Source: Tubulanus polymorphus
Lineage: Eukaryota > Animalia > Nemertea
Length of the DNA: 64,000 nucleotides
NCBI RefSeq assembly: GCF_964204645.1
Contig: NC_134032.1
Location: 16,418,275-16,482,274, forward strand
Direction of reading: 5' to 3'
Below are positions 22,901-34,700 of the stretch, in pieces (the first letter of the stretch is position 1; the number at the start of each line of letters is the position of its first letter). The position numbers and the translations under genes are program-made. Under the pieces are notes generated by a model. That model did not search any database. It was not told the origin of the DNA and saw nothing but the letters and a program-made list of their open reading frames with translations.

Positions 22901-25900
22901 ACAACAGTAACCGATGATTTCAGACACATCCGGCTAGCCGCGTGTTAATACTCTACTGATACCACTGACAACAGTAACCGGTGATTTCAGACACATCCGG
23001 CTAGCCGCGTGTTAATACTCTACTGATACCGGTGACAACAGTAACCGGTGATTTCAGACACATCCGGCTAGCCGCGTGTTAATACTCTACTGATACCGGT
23101 GACAACAGTAACCGGTGATTTCAAACACATCCGGCTAGCCGCCTGTTAATACTCTACTGATACCGGTGACAACAGTAACCGGTGATTACAGACACATCCG
23201 GCTAGCCGCGTGTTAATACTCTACTGATACCGGTGACAACAGTAACCGGTGATTTCAGACACATCCGGCTAGCCGCGTGTTAATACTCTACTGATACCGG
23301 TGACAACAGTAACCGGTGATTTCAGACACATCCGGCTAGCCGCGTGTTAATACTCTACTGATACCGGTGACAACAGTAACCGGTGATTTCAGACACATCC
23401 GGCTAGCCGCGTGTTAATACTCTACTGATACCGGTGACAACAGTAACCGGTGATTTCAGACACATCCGGCTAGCCGCGTGTTAATACTCTACTGATACCG
23501 GTGACAACAGTAACCGGTGATTTCAGACACATCCGGCTAGCCGCGTGTTAATACTCTACTGATACCACTGACAACAGTAACCGGTGATTTCAGACACATC
23601 CGGCTAGCCGCGTGTTAATACTCTACTGATACCGGTGACAACAGTAACCGGTGATTTCAGACACATCCGGCTAGCCGCGTGTTAATACTCTACTGATACC
23701 ACTGACAACAGTAACCGGTGATTTCAGACACATCCGGCTAGCCGCGTGTTAATACTCTACTGATACCGGTGACAACAGTAACCGATGATTTCAGACACAT
23801 CCGGCTAGCCGCGTGTTAATACTCTACTGATACCGGTGACAACAGTAACCGGTGATTTCAGACACATCCGGCTAGCCGCGTGTTAATACTCTACTGATAC
23901 CGGTGACAACAGTAACCGGTGATTTCAGACACATCCGGCTAGCCGCGTGTTAATACTCTACTGATACCGGTGACAACAGTAACCGGTGATTTCAGACACA
24001 TCCGGCTAGCCGTGTGTTAATACTCTACTGATACCGCTGACAACAGTAACCGGTGATTTCAGACACATCCGGCTAGCCGCGTGTTAATACTCTACTGATA
24101 CCGGTGACAACAGTAACCGGTGATTTCAGACACATCCGGCTAGCCGCGTGTTAATACTCTACTGATACCGGTGACAACAGTAACCGGTGATTTCAGACAC
24201 ATCCGGCTAGCCGCGTGTTAATACTCTACTGATACCGGTGACAACAGTAACCGGTGATTTCAGACACATCCGGCTAGCCGCCTGTTAATACTCTACTGAT
24301 ACCGGTGACAACAGTAACCGGTGATTACAGACACATCCGGCTAGCCGCGTGTTAATACTCTACTGATACCGGTGACAACAGTAACCGGTGATTACAGACA
24401 CATCCGGCTAGCCGCGTGTTAATACTCTACTGATACCGGTGACAACAGTAACCGGTGATTTCAGACACATCCGGCTAGCCGCGTGTTAATACTCTACTGA
24501 TACCGGTGACAACAGTAACCGGTGATTACAGACACATCCGGCTAGCCGCGTGTTAATACTCTACTGATACCGGTGACAACAGTAACCGGTGATTTCAGAC
24601 ACATCCGGCTAGCCGCGTGTTAATACTCTACTGATACCGGTGACAACAGTAACCGGTGATTTCAGACACATCCGGCTAGCCGCGTGTTAATACTCTACTG
24701 ATACCGGTGACAACAGTAACCGGTGATTTCAGACACATCCGGCTAGCCGCGTGTTAATACTCTACTGATACCGGTGACAACAGTAACCGGTGATTTCAGA
24801 CACATCCGGCTAGCCGCGTGTTAATACTCTACTGATACCGGTGACAACAGTAACCGGTGATTTCAGACACATCCGGCTAGCCGCGTGTTAATACTCTACT
24901 GATACCGGTGACAACAGTAACCGGTGATTACAGACACATCCGGCTAGCCGCGTGTTAATACTGATACCGGTTAATTATTATTATTTTAGGAGCAGTTTGT
25001 TCAAGCTCGTAACATGGCTGGTATCGGACGAGGCATTAAACCACCAGGTTTGTATTCTCCCTAACCCTCCTCTGATCACCTCCCCTGATCACCTCCCTCC
25101 CCTGATCACCTCCCTCCCCTGATCACCTCCCTCCCCTGATCACCTCCCTGCTCCCTCTAATCCTCCCCTGATCACCTCCCTCCCCTGATCACCTCCCTGC
25201 TCCCTCTAACCCTCCTCTGATCACCTCCCTCCCCTGATCACCTCCCTCCTCTGATCACCTCCCTCCCCTGATCACCTCCCTCCCCTGATCACTGTCTTCT
25301 CATTTCTCCTCTTGTATTTATATCTCCTTATTTAAAGTGTTCTCTTTATTTCGTTGAAGCACAAAAATCTCGACTAGTGGCAAATTTTAACCTGAATAAT
25401 TCTGGAGCAGCAGCAGGAGGAGCAGCAGGAGGAGGAGCAGCAGCAGGAGGAGGAGGAGGAGGAGGAGGATCGACTCACAGATTACTCACTCCAGCTTCAT
25501 TCTCAATGTCAGGATTGAATAATTCGGGGATGATTAGTTTTGGTCGTGGAATCGGTCGGGGAATCCCGTTGTCTGGTCGGGGAATCCCCTCGTCTGGTGT
25601 CTCAGCTGCTCAACGTTAGTTACTCTAGTTTCATATTTCAATTGTATTTTACTCCGTAAATTGTTATCATAAATCAATTCTTAACTTGTCATCGATTACA
25701 GGTCAGCAGCCGAGTGTAATCATTCAGCCCCAGTCCGGTGAAACTGGTCTACAGCCCCAGCCCGGTGAAACTGGTCAACAGCCCCAGCCCAGTGGGGTAA
25801 TCCAGTCCGATGAACAGATGTACACAGACAGTGATAGAGGCAGCAATAACGAGGTGAGTTACAAATAACAAAACTATAACCTCTCATTAAACTCTACAGT

Positions 25901-26789
25901 GACCTCTCATTAAACTCTACAGTGACCTCTCATTAAACTCTACAGTGACCTCTCATTAAACTCTACAGTGACCTCTCATTAAACTCTACAGTGACCTCTC
26001 ATTAAACTCTACAGTGACCTCTCATTAAACTCTACAGTGACCTCTCATTAAACTCTACAGTGACCTCTCATTAAACTCTACAGTGACCTCTCATTAAACT
26101 CTACAGTGACCTCTCATTAAACTCTACAGTGACCTCTCATTAAACTCTACAGTGACCTCTCATTAAACTCTACAGTGACCTCTCATTAAACTCTACAGTG
26201 ACCTCTCATTAAACTCTACAGTGACCTCTCATTAAACTCTACAGTGACCTCTCATTAAACTCTACAGTGACCTCTGATTAAACTCTACAGTGACCTCTCA
26301 TTAAACTCTACAGTGACCTCTCATTAAACTCTACAGTGACCTCTCATTAAACTCTACAGTGACCTCTCATTAAACTCTACAGTAACCTCTCATTAAACTC
26401 TACAGTAACCTCTCATTAAACTCTACAGTAACCTCTCATTAAACTCTACAGTGACCTCTCATTAAACTCTACAGTGACCTCTTATTAAACTCTACAGTGA
26501 CCTCTCATTAAACTCTACAGTGACCTCATTAAACTCGTTATTGACTTTTAAACTGACTAAACGTTTTTGACTGATAAAGATGTTTTGATATTTAATGCAG
26601 AGTTCGTCATCCGATGATTTGAATCGTGAAATCAAGAAGATAAATAAGAAACTGAGATCAATAGAGAAATTAGAGGAGAAAGTTGAGAGGGGCGAAATGT
26701 TAAACTCTGAGGAGTTACTCAAACTCGAAAGTCGAACCGATTACGAATCACGTCTTGAAGAGTTGAACATGAAACTAACGGAGTCTTAA
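19965..26789 (+). CDS. GTSF1: Gametocyte-specific factor 1 (GTSF1/Asterix)-like, two CHHC U11-48K zinc fingers, extended C-terminus (~418 aa)
   Basis: Exons 19965-20075, 20160-20532, 20785-20903, 24990-25047, 25360-25614, 25702-25853, 26601-26789 sum to 1257 nt in one open frame. Fingers CPYDSVH..FPYHLMKC and CPFNARH..HIANCPD, followed by acidic W motifs (SDWVPP, EDWETE). Confidence 0.88.
20530..20712. repeat. ~36-bp repeat built on a GTSF1 5' splice site (4-5 copies)
   Basis: G|GTGAGGGGGG(A/T)TTCACAGGGGTGTCATACGAGACC units starting at the real donor (20532/20533). Confidence 0.85.
20949..24971. repeat. 67-bp minisatellite (~60 copies, ~4 kb) in GTSF1 intron
   Basis: Unit CTACTGATACCGGTGACAACAGTAACCGGTGATTTCAGACACATCCGGCTAGCCGCGTGTTAATACT; period checked (21241 to 21308). 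Confidence 0.97.
25058..25295. repeat. ~17-bp C-rich repeat in GTSF1 intron
   Basis: CCCTCCCCTGATCACCT units. Confidence 0.88.
25879..26536. repeat. 23-bp minisatellite (~28 copies) in last GTSF1 intron
   Basis: Unit CCTCTCATTAAACTCTACAGTGA. Confidence 0.96.
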
Positions 26790-27437
26790 AATACATAGTA
26801 GTATCATAACACAGCCTGCAGTTCATTGAAACCCTACTCTACTCCAAATACAGGGATAACAGGGCGGAGAGGGTTTAATGAACTGTTAGGTTAGAGTAAT
26901 AGTAGTAGGATATCCAAGTACGCAGTGTTTATTGGCTGTGTTTACTAATTCGAGACCCGCGGGGAATGCAGGCGCTTATATGTTCCCCCGAGGGAGGGAA
27001 GCCTCATGGCCCCCGCTAGGGGAGATGTCTCATGATTCCCCTTATTTATGGCGGAAAAGTCTTGTGTGTGTTCAGTTTTTAAAGCTTTTTATTAAAAACG
27101 AAACATTTTGCATTATTTCTTTTAAATTGATTTTATTTTACATGTAAATTTACTAAGATTACTGGATGTATGAATCATATATAAACTATTTGTAAATATG
27201 ATCAAGACACAAATAAAATAAATAATCGCTTTCAATTCTTCTTGTATTTCTTTAAATAAGTTGTTTTATCTATAAAGGCTATTTTTATTTGCTGGTATTT
27301 TAGACGTGGTTTACGGTAGCGAGTCTATGAAGTGCTTCTTTTTATTTGCGGTTCGTCTGAACAAATCTTCGCATCATTTTTGAAATAGATTAGATAAGGA
27401 CGAAGGACTTGACGGTTCTAGGCGATTAGTTCCTAGT

Positions 27438-27610
27438 GCGGTGCGATTCAAGAATAGGGGACTATAGCAATATATATGTAGTGATGGTAATCAATTAAGT
27501 AATAATATTAGTAATTGATAATAATGATAGTAATGTATATAGTAATTAATGATGATTAGGGAACTAAACCTAATCCTAACCACTAGTCCCCTATTCTTGA
27601 ATCTTACCCC
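27438..27610. mobile_element. MITE-like inverted-repeat element with AT-rich core
   Basis: GATTCAAGAATAGGGGACTA ... TAGTCCCCTATTCTTGAATC inverted termini; internal AACCTAATCCTAACC. Confidence 0.6.
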
Positions 27611-28533
27611 TAGTGCATCAGTAAAATGAGCAAAATTTATTGGTCCCGTTTAACCTTAGAAAAGTGTTAGTAGAATATTGATTAATTCAGGTTCGGGAAT
27701 TAAATTTAATTTGCTGTAGATTCTTCCTGCGGCATGTGAGTCTGCCGCTTTTCCGGATGCTAGTAATCTACATTCGCTGAACAAAGAGTTCTATTAAAAA
27801 TTACTTGAAAATCGATTAAAAACGTTGATTTCCCCTAAAATAATGATCCTTAGTTGATTGAATAATGCATTCTAAACTTAGTATTGAATAATGAATGGAG
27901 TTTGACTATCTGTATTCCTCGCATGCCACAGTAAAATATCGAGGCTTCGTAAATGCTCAACCGTTCAGTGCTGCCTCTATGAATAACGATAGCGGAATTT
28001 TGGTGAACTAGGGTAGCGCATATTTACACCGGCGCCGGAATATGAATTTCCGCACACCCCTGTAGCGCCTAATTCTATTAATCTATGATTGTATGAATCC
28101 GTCCAAAATCTCAAATAATCTTTTCATATTTCTAATTAACGGTATTACAGGGCTCCAACCACAGGTTTAGTCGCGGCAGTCTGGAAATGCCAGGGGAATA
28201 TTTGCGGCCATTTTTCAAAGCCATGGAACTTTGTTTTTCTCTCCGTGGCTGCAAAGTCAGCAAATGTTCACAAAATGAAATGTTCCTACAATAAAGGGAG
28301 TAGATTGGGTTAGCAGCTGTTACAGACCCAGTGCATCCTACCGCTGAAATCTGGATTCCTCAGTGAAAACAACAAGCTAAATATTATTCCATAAATTATT
28401 TCATTTCATAACTGATTATATATTTATGTAACAAGTAAATCAAATTCCTGATCAAGTTTAAAAATGGGAGAGTCAACTAGTGACTCCCAGCTGAGCGTAA
28501 TTCAAGTATGAAGGAGTCAATTAATGACCGAGT

Positions 28534-30930
28534 TTAACTTTCGACTGGTGGAGGCAGAATATGCATTTTCAGTTCAAGGTCATTGTAGTATTGTTGTATT
28601 TCTTGTTTCTGTTGTGTAAACCATGAATCGACCCGGGAACTCTTCTGACACATTTCACCGATAAAACTCGCCCATTCCTCAGAGCGAGTTTTTCTCTCAG
28701 CCTCCAATAAATCAATCTATAAAAAACACAACAAATATCAGTAAAAATAGATCCAAAAAATAGATACATCTCAATACAAATACATAGTAAAACACCCCCA
28801 ATATACCGACATACTCTCTATACCGCCATACTCTCTATACCGCCATACTCTCTGTACCGGCATACTCTCTATACCGCCATACTCTCTATACCGCCATACT
28901 CTCTATACCTCCATACTCTCTATACCTCCATATTCTCTATACCGCCATACCGCCATACTCTCTATACCGCCATACTCTCTATACCGCCATACTCTCTATA
29001 CTGGCATACTCTCTATACCGCCATACTCTCTATACTGGCATACTCTCTATACCGCCATACTCTCTATACCGCCATACTCTCTATACCGCCATACTCTCTA
29101 TACCACCATACTCTCTATACCGCCATACCCTCTATACCTCCATACTCTCTATACCGCCATACTCTCTATACTGGCATACTCTCTATACCGCCATACTCTC
29201 TATACCGCCATACTCTCTATACTGGCATACTCTCTATACCGCCATACTCTCTATACTGGCATACTCTCTATACCGCCATACTCTCTATACCGCCATACTC
29301 TCTATACTGGCATACTCTCTACACCACCATACTCTCTATACCGCCATACTCTCTATACCGCCATACTCTCTATACTGGCATACTCTCTATACCACCATAC
29401 TCTCTATACCGCCATACTCTCTATACTGGCATACTCTCTATACCTCCATACCCTCTATACCGCCATACCCTCCATACCGACATACTGTCTATACTGGCAT
29501 ACTCTCTATACCGCCATACTCTCTATACCGCCATACTCTCTATACCGCCACACTCTCTATACCGCCATACTCTCTATACCGACATACTCTCTATACCGGC
29601 ATACTCTCTATACCGCCATACTCTCTATACCGACATACTCTCTATACCACCAGATACCAAATTTCATCTATATATCGCTAATAGTCATCTTCGAGAGAAA
29701 TAAATGAAAATGATCTTGTTTTAACTGCAGAAATGAATCCTGCCCCAGGCACATGTTCAACCTCTGAGGATCTGTCACAATATTTACCGGTTTCTGATCT
29801 TGCTCTTTATCTGCGACTTTATTAATCATTTTACTGCAAGTCTCACCTGAAAATAAAATCACACACAGTTTGTTTGTTTTACGTCGTTTTGATTTTAGAT
29901 TCCTGAAACTGAACCCTATTGGAGTATTTATTCAACCCGATGTTGCTTGCCGCACACTGTAGCAGCCAACAGGACTCAAACCTGCTTGTAGTGTCACTTG
30001 GCAACAGCATCATGCGTTATTCCACTGACTGAGCTACCGTTAGACAGCCCTCCCAGGATCATCCATCCTAGAGCCAGTTTACCTCCCATCCCAGATATCG
30101 TCTAACCCCCACGACCAGTTCACTCACTTGTTGAAATGATTCCACTCAGTAATGTTTTCATCGTCGCCATCGTTTCATCCAATGATTTGTGTTTTAGTTG
30201 ATCGATGTGTTCTCCTATAATCTGCGTCCTCTTGAGTTCTCGATCTTTACGTTTTTCCTGTTTCAAATTGAAGATAAATTATAGATACCTCATTACGGAC
30301 ATCCTCCTCAGGATTCCCCAACACGGATGTTCCGGATAACTTTCACTTTACCTCAAATTCTTTGACGAAAAATGATATTTCTGCTTGTATAACGGCATGA
30401 TGCTGAAACAGCCGACCGTGAACCTCTCCAATATCTACAATAACAATATGTTTAACCACCGTCACGTGGGCCTAACTCTGCCCTGCCTAGTTAGTTACCT
30501 AATCGTTGGTGGTAAGCTTTTTATAATTGGATGGGCTTATACCAACGTGGTTGTGGTTTGTGAAAATATCCGATTGTGAAACTAAACCACAGACAGGTTA
30601 CTGACTATGCCCTGCCCACGGGCACGGCTTGTAGGCTACATACTGTGTATAAACGTTGCTAATCTAGGTGTCGCATATAAAACACATTTTAGCTGGATTA
30701 CACTGTGAGTGTGACTAGGGCTAGGCTGGGACTCTGCTCTGGATTGGATGGGAGCCAGGAATCAGGACAGGTTCGCGGTCTCAGGACCGAGTCACTTGTG
30801 GCTTTGACAACATTACTGAAGTGTTGACATAGATTATATAAACTGAATACATCATAAATATGACGTATTGAATCCGTTAAAACTGTTTAAACAACTGTGA
30901 AATACCTTTTATGATTAGTTCAGTTGTCAT
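28534..30930 (-). CDS. BLOC1S5: BLOC-1 subunit 5 (Muted), 159 aa
   Basis: Exons (minus) 30930-30906, 30434-30352, 30257-30128, 29846-29788, 28716-28534 total 480 nt. MTTELIIKDIGEVHGRLFQHHAVIQAEISFFVKEFEEKRKDRE matches Muted (LIIKDLGEIHSRL..FVKEFEEKR). Not shown correctly in the ORF track. Confidence 0.92.
28803..29650. repeat. 17-bp minisatellite (~50 copies) in BLOC1S5 intron
   Basis: Unit ACCGCCATACTCTCTAT. Confidence 0.96.
29960..30040 (-). mobile_element. Degenerate tRNA-derived (SINE-like) sequence in BLOC1S5 intron
   Basis: Minus strand GGTAGCTCAGTCAGTGG ... GGTTTGAGTCC A/B-box-like; no clean cloverleaf. Confidence 0.45.
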
Positions 30931-31299
30931 CTTAACCAACTAGCAATCAATCATTGAATTGCATTGACATCTCTGGGCGCCGGCGGAGGTCTCCGGATCT
31001 TATCATCGACGAAATAGCGAAGCATTAGATTATTCATCAAAAACTGATAAAAATTATTTGAGAAATATTTTTTTAATCAATCTTGTGGTAAAATAAAATT
31101 AAGTGTAAATATATACATGATGTGGTCAGTGTTTACAAAGATTTCCTAGCAAAACCTTTTCGACGTTTCGTTAAGCCTGGGCCAAAGTGTGCGAGTTTGT
31201 ATTTTGATAAACGGCTGGAGTGGTGCGAGAGCGTTGTGAGATGTTAGTCAGGTTGCCTGATTAGGGTTAGGGTTAGCTGCTGCTAGGGTTAGGGTTACT

Positions 31300-31600
31300 C
31301 GTAACGCACGGTACCGCCAGTGTTTAAGAACCGGCAGTAAATATGGCCGCCTCCGTGAAATAGAAACGTGTGTTTAGAATAAACCAGTTTAAAACGTGAT
31401 TTAAAGCGATTAGAATCCGTTAAGTTAACATTTATTTTTAGATCTACTTGTTTTTGATCCGATGATTCTAATATATTCACGCGTCATTTTTATAAACCGC
31501 TGTTTTATCGGTTTTTCCGTTGATGGTGTATAGATGGCGCTAGTAGTCTCAATGCGTTCTCAGTTCGTTTTGTCTCTATAAATATCAAGTGTTAATCGTT
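31300..31600. promoter_or_regulatory. Probable bidirectional promoter between BLOC1S5 and USPL1
   Basis: Head-to-head genes with start codons ~820 bp apart; CTCF-like ATAGATGGCGCTAG at ~31530; TTAGGG repeats at 31261-31297. Confidence 0.5.
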
Positions 31601-31752
31601 TTCTAAACGTATTCTTGTAATCGTTGCGTTTCACTGATGTTGCAGTATGTTTGAACAGCTTGGTTCAGACCGTGTGAGGAGTATTTAATCGACTACTGGC
31701 TTTGGAAGAACCGAGATCACTGACTGATTCTACTACTGACTGGAGCTGGAAG

Positions 31753-34700
31753 ATGGAGTCATGTGAATTGTGTCGTCGTAAAGGCATCTCTTCAAAACTC
31801 GAATATTTTCAACTCAATTTCGATGAAGCTCTAAAGTCTTGTCAAAATCCTGATGTAAGTATACAGTGCCCTCTGCTGGTTTTAAACCACATTACACCGG
31901 GTCTCCTAATTTTAAACAGATGGTTTATACAGCGCCCTCTGTTGATTGTATTTTATACAGCGCCCTCTGTTGATTGTATTTTTCAGTGTTGTTTTCCGAT
32001 TGGTCTCGGATTATTATCAGAATTCATCGTCAAACATAAAGTGCATGAAGTATCATCGTCGCCATGCCGACCAATTGTAACAATGAGCGGTGTAGATAAC
32101 GAGTCACTTGCCACAGTCTCCTCTGATCGTCGTCACTTTACAACAAACGTCATTAAACAATCAAAACACCAACAGAAATTACTGAAAAATAGACGGTTAC
32201 CGTTATCACGGGAACAGAACACTGATGTATCATCACCACGGATACCGTTACCGCAGCAACCATTACCCCAGCAACATAGCACTGATGTATCATCACCACG
32301 GATACCGTTACCACGGGAACATAGCACCGATGTATCATCACCGAGGATACCGTTACCACAGATTCTTGAAAATATACGATTAGGACATAATATACAATGG
32401 GTGAATAGTGACGCCCTCTGTTGGCTGGATGTGACACTATGTTTATTAGTTCATTGTCACTCATTGCGTCGATATTTGAACCGTTTAAACACTGATCGCC
32501 ATGACAACTGTGATCACATTTCAATAATGAGAATCATGTGTATAGTTTATGATCAGGCGTTGATTTTATTGAGAACCGGACGATCGGTAAATTATCCGAG
32601 TTTAAAATGTATGCTCGGTACCGGAGGAGGGAACGGTCTGTTTACCGGTGGAACTCATATCACTTCAGCTGAAGTTTTAGACAGTGTCGATTATTTGTGT
32701 ATGAAAGGTGTTACGCCACCTATTGCCAGAGCATTGAAACTATTATTCTCATTCAGTTCACCGTCGAATGAACCAGTAACAGCTGCAGCAGCAGCAAGTA
32801 TGGTACCATCTACAGCAGCAGCAGCGAGTACGGTACCAGGTACAGCAGCAGCAGCAGCAGCTACCTCATCATCCGCTGCTACTTGTCGTCAAACATCTAG
32901 AATCGATCAGCTGAAAATGAAATATCCCGATATTTCTAGTGAGGGATTTGTGAGGAGTTTCGAGTTAATAAATGAACTACGCGAGTGTCTATTCTTACAC
33001 CTAAAACCTCGTTTAAACTGTAATCGCGGAGAGAATGACAGCGCAATGATCGCTTTAATGATGTTACTTCATGAAAACGGTGAAATTAGACAACATTTTA
33101 ACATGGATTTTACGTGGAGGCTTCAGTGTGATATCTGTGGTGATATTAAACTAGATCGGTAAGTGTTACTGTCCAGGGGCTGCAGTGTTACTGTCCAGGG
33201 GCTGCAGTTGCTCAAAAGTTGGTTAAGATAACTGGCGGATAAATATACCATAATAACAATGCAATTGTCAATTGTCACTATGTCAACTATCCACTGGTTA
33301 TCTCTAACCAATTTTTGAGCAACCGGTCCCAGTTCCCAAACAGATTCAAAACTACATCAGTGTATTACATGCTTTACTTTAAAACGGCTCAAATTGATTT
33401 TCATTGAATATCTGACAGGAATCGAGCTATGGTTCTAATTGTAGTTGTTGTATATTTACAGGAATGAGAAGCCATTAATCAGTTTCGCGAATACACCCGA
33501 TCTATTTACAATGGATTCACCATATTTCGTAAGACCGTGTTATAGTTGTAATTCTCTTCAACAGAAAAGATTCCTCATTATGAATCGGTGAGTGTAGTAT
33601 GTTTTAAACTGTTAAGCCTAGCGCACATCGACGCTGCGATCGGAGACAACTAGTTGCTACCGAACGATTACCCCGCGCACATCGAAATCTAGTTACAACC
33701 GGTCAGTTGCAGCAACTGCATGGCGCATGTCGATCGTCGAAATCCAGAGCGCGCACATCGACGGATATGACTGCGATTGAGTACAACCAGTTGCTCAAAA
33801 GTAGAACACGGGCAACTGGCTGGAACTGGAGATAGATCGACGCTTACCAATCGTAAGCTCGCTCACATCGACACATTCAAGCAACTGATCGTATCCAGCC
33901 AGTTGCTCTCATGCACCGAAAACTGCCTTGCAACTAGTTGTCTCCAATCGCACTGTCGATGTGCGCTAGGCTTTAGGTTCCTAACTGTGTGTGGGGGGGG
34001 GGTCGCTGTAAGCCGATGGAAACTGGATACATTCGACCATGACTTAAACCATGTAATGTCGATTCATCTGCTGCAGATTCAGTCAAGGAATTAAGTCTTA
34101 CAGATTCAGTATTAACAAAAATAAATCAGGGAATTTGTATGAATAGGTGTAAAGTAGTGGTCACTGTTATTTATTTTGCTGCTCTGTTTCAGATTGTCCG
34201 GATGTCTAGTATTACACTTCATGCAAGGTTTACCGCCTCACGCAGATTTAAATAGTTATGATTTCATTCACGAGGGGAGCCACTGGTATCGTGTTATCGG
34301 GGTCGTTCAGTACAAGAGAAATCCGGATCATTTTATAGCATGGATCAAAAACACGTGCAGTAAGTATCACGCGTTGATACTCCTTTCATTCTTGATACCG
34401 TTCAGATACTTCATATATTTGATTTCTCATTTTCTAATTTCAGATAATTTATGGATGGAATGCGATGGTTTAAAATTCCCAGTTTGTGATTACGATCAAA
34501 CCGTGCCAAATATAGAACCATCAGAAATACACCTCGTAATGTGGGAGAGAACTGACCAGCCAACAACATCGACCTGTAACCAGCCAACATCATCGACCTG
34601 TAACCAGCCAACATCATCGACCTGTAACCAGCCAACAACATCGACCTGTAACCAGTCAACATCATCGACTTGTAACCGGCCTACGATCACGTCGACCTGT

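Noticed and set aside
20949-24971. CRISPR-like array or hammerhead ribozyme array
   Set aside because: Units are identical with no unique spacers, the context is a eukaryotic intron with no cas genes, and the hammerhead core CTGATGA..GAAA is absent on both strands.
28569-28769. ORF-track peptide MYLFFGS...
   Set aside because: Wrong frame; the real BLOC1S5 last exon uses another frame (IDLLEAERK...).
31261-31297. Telomerase RNA template or chromosome end
   Set aside because: Only short interstitial TTAGGG runs near a promoter; I see no pseudoknot, CR4/5 or H/ACA features.
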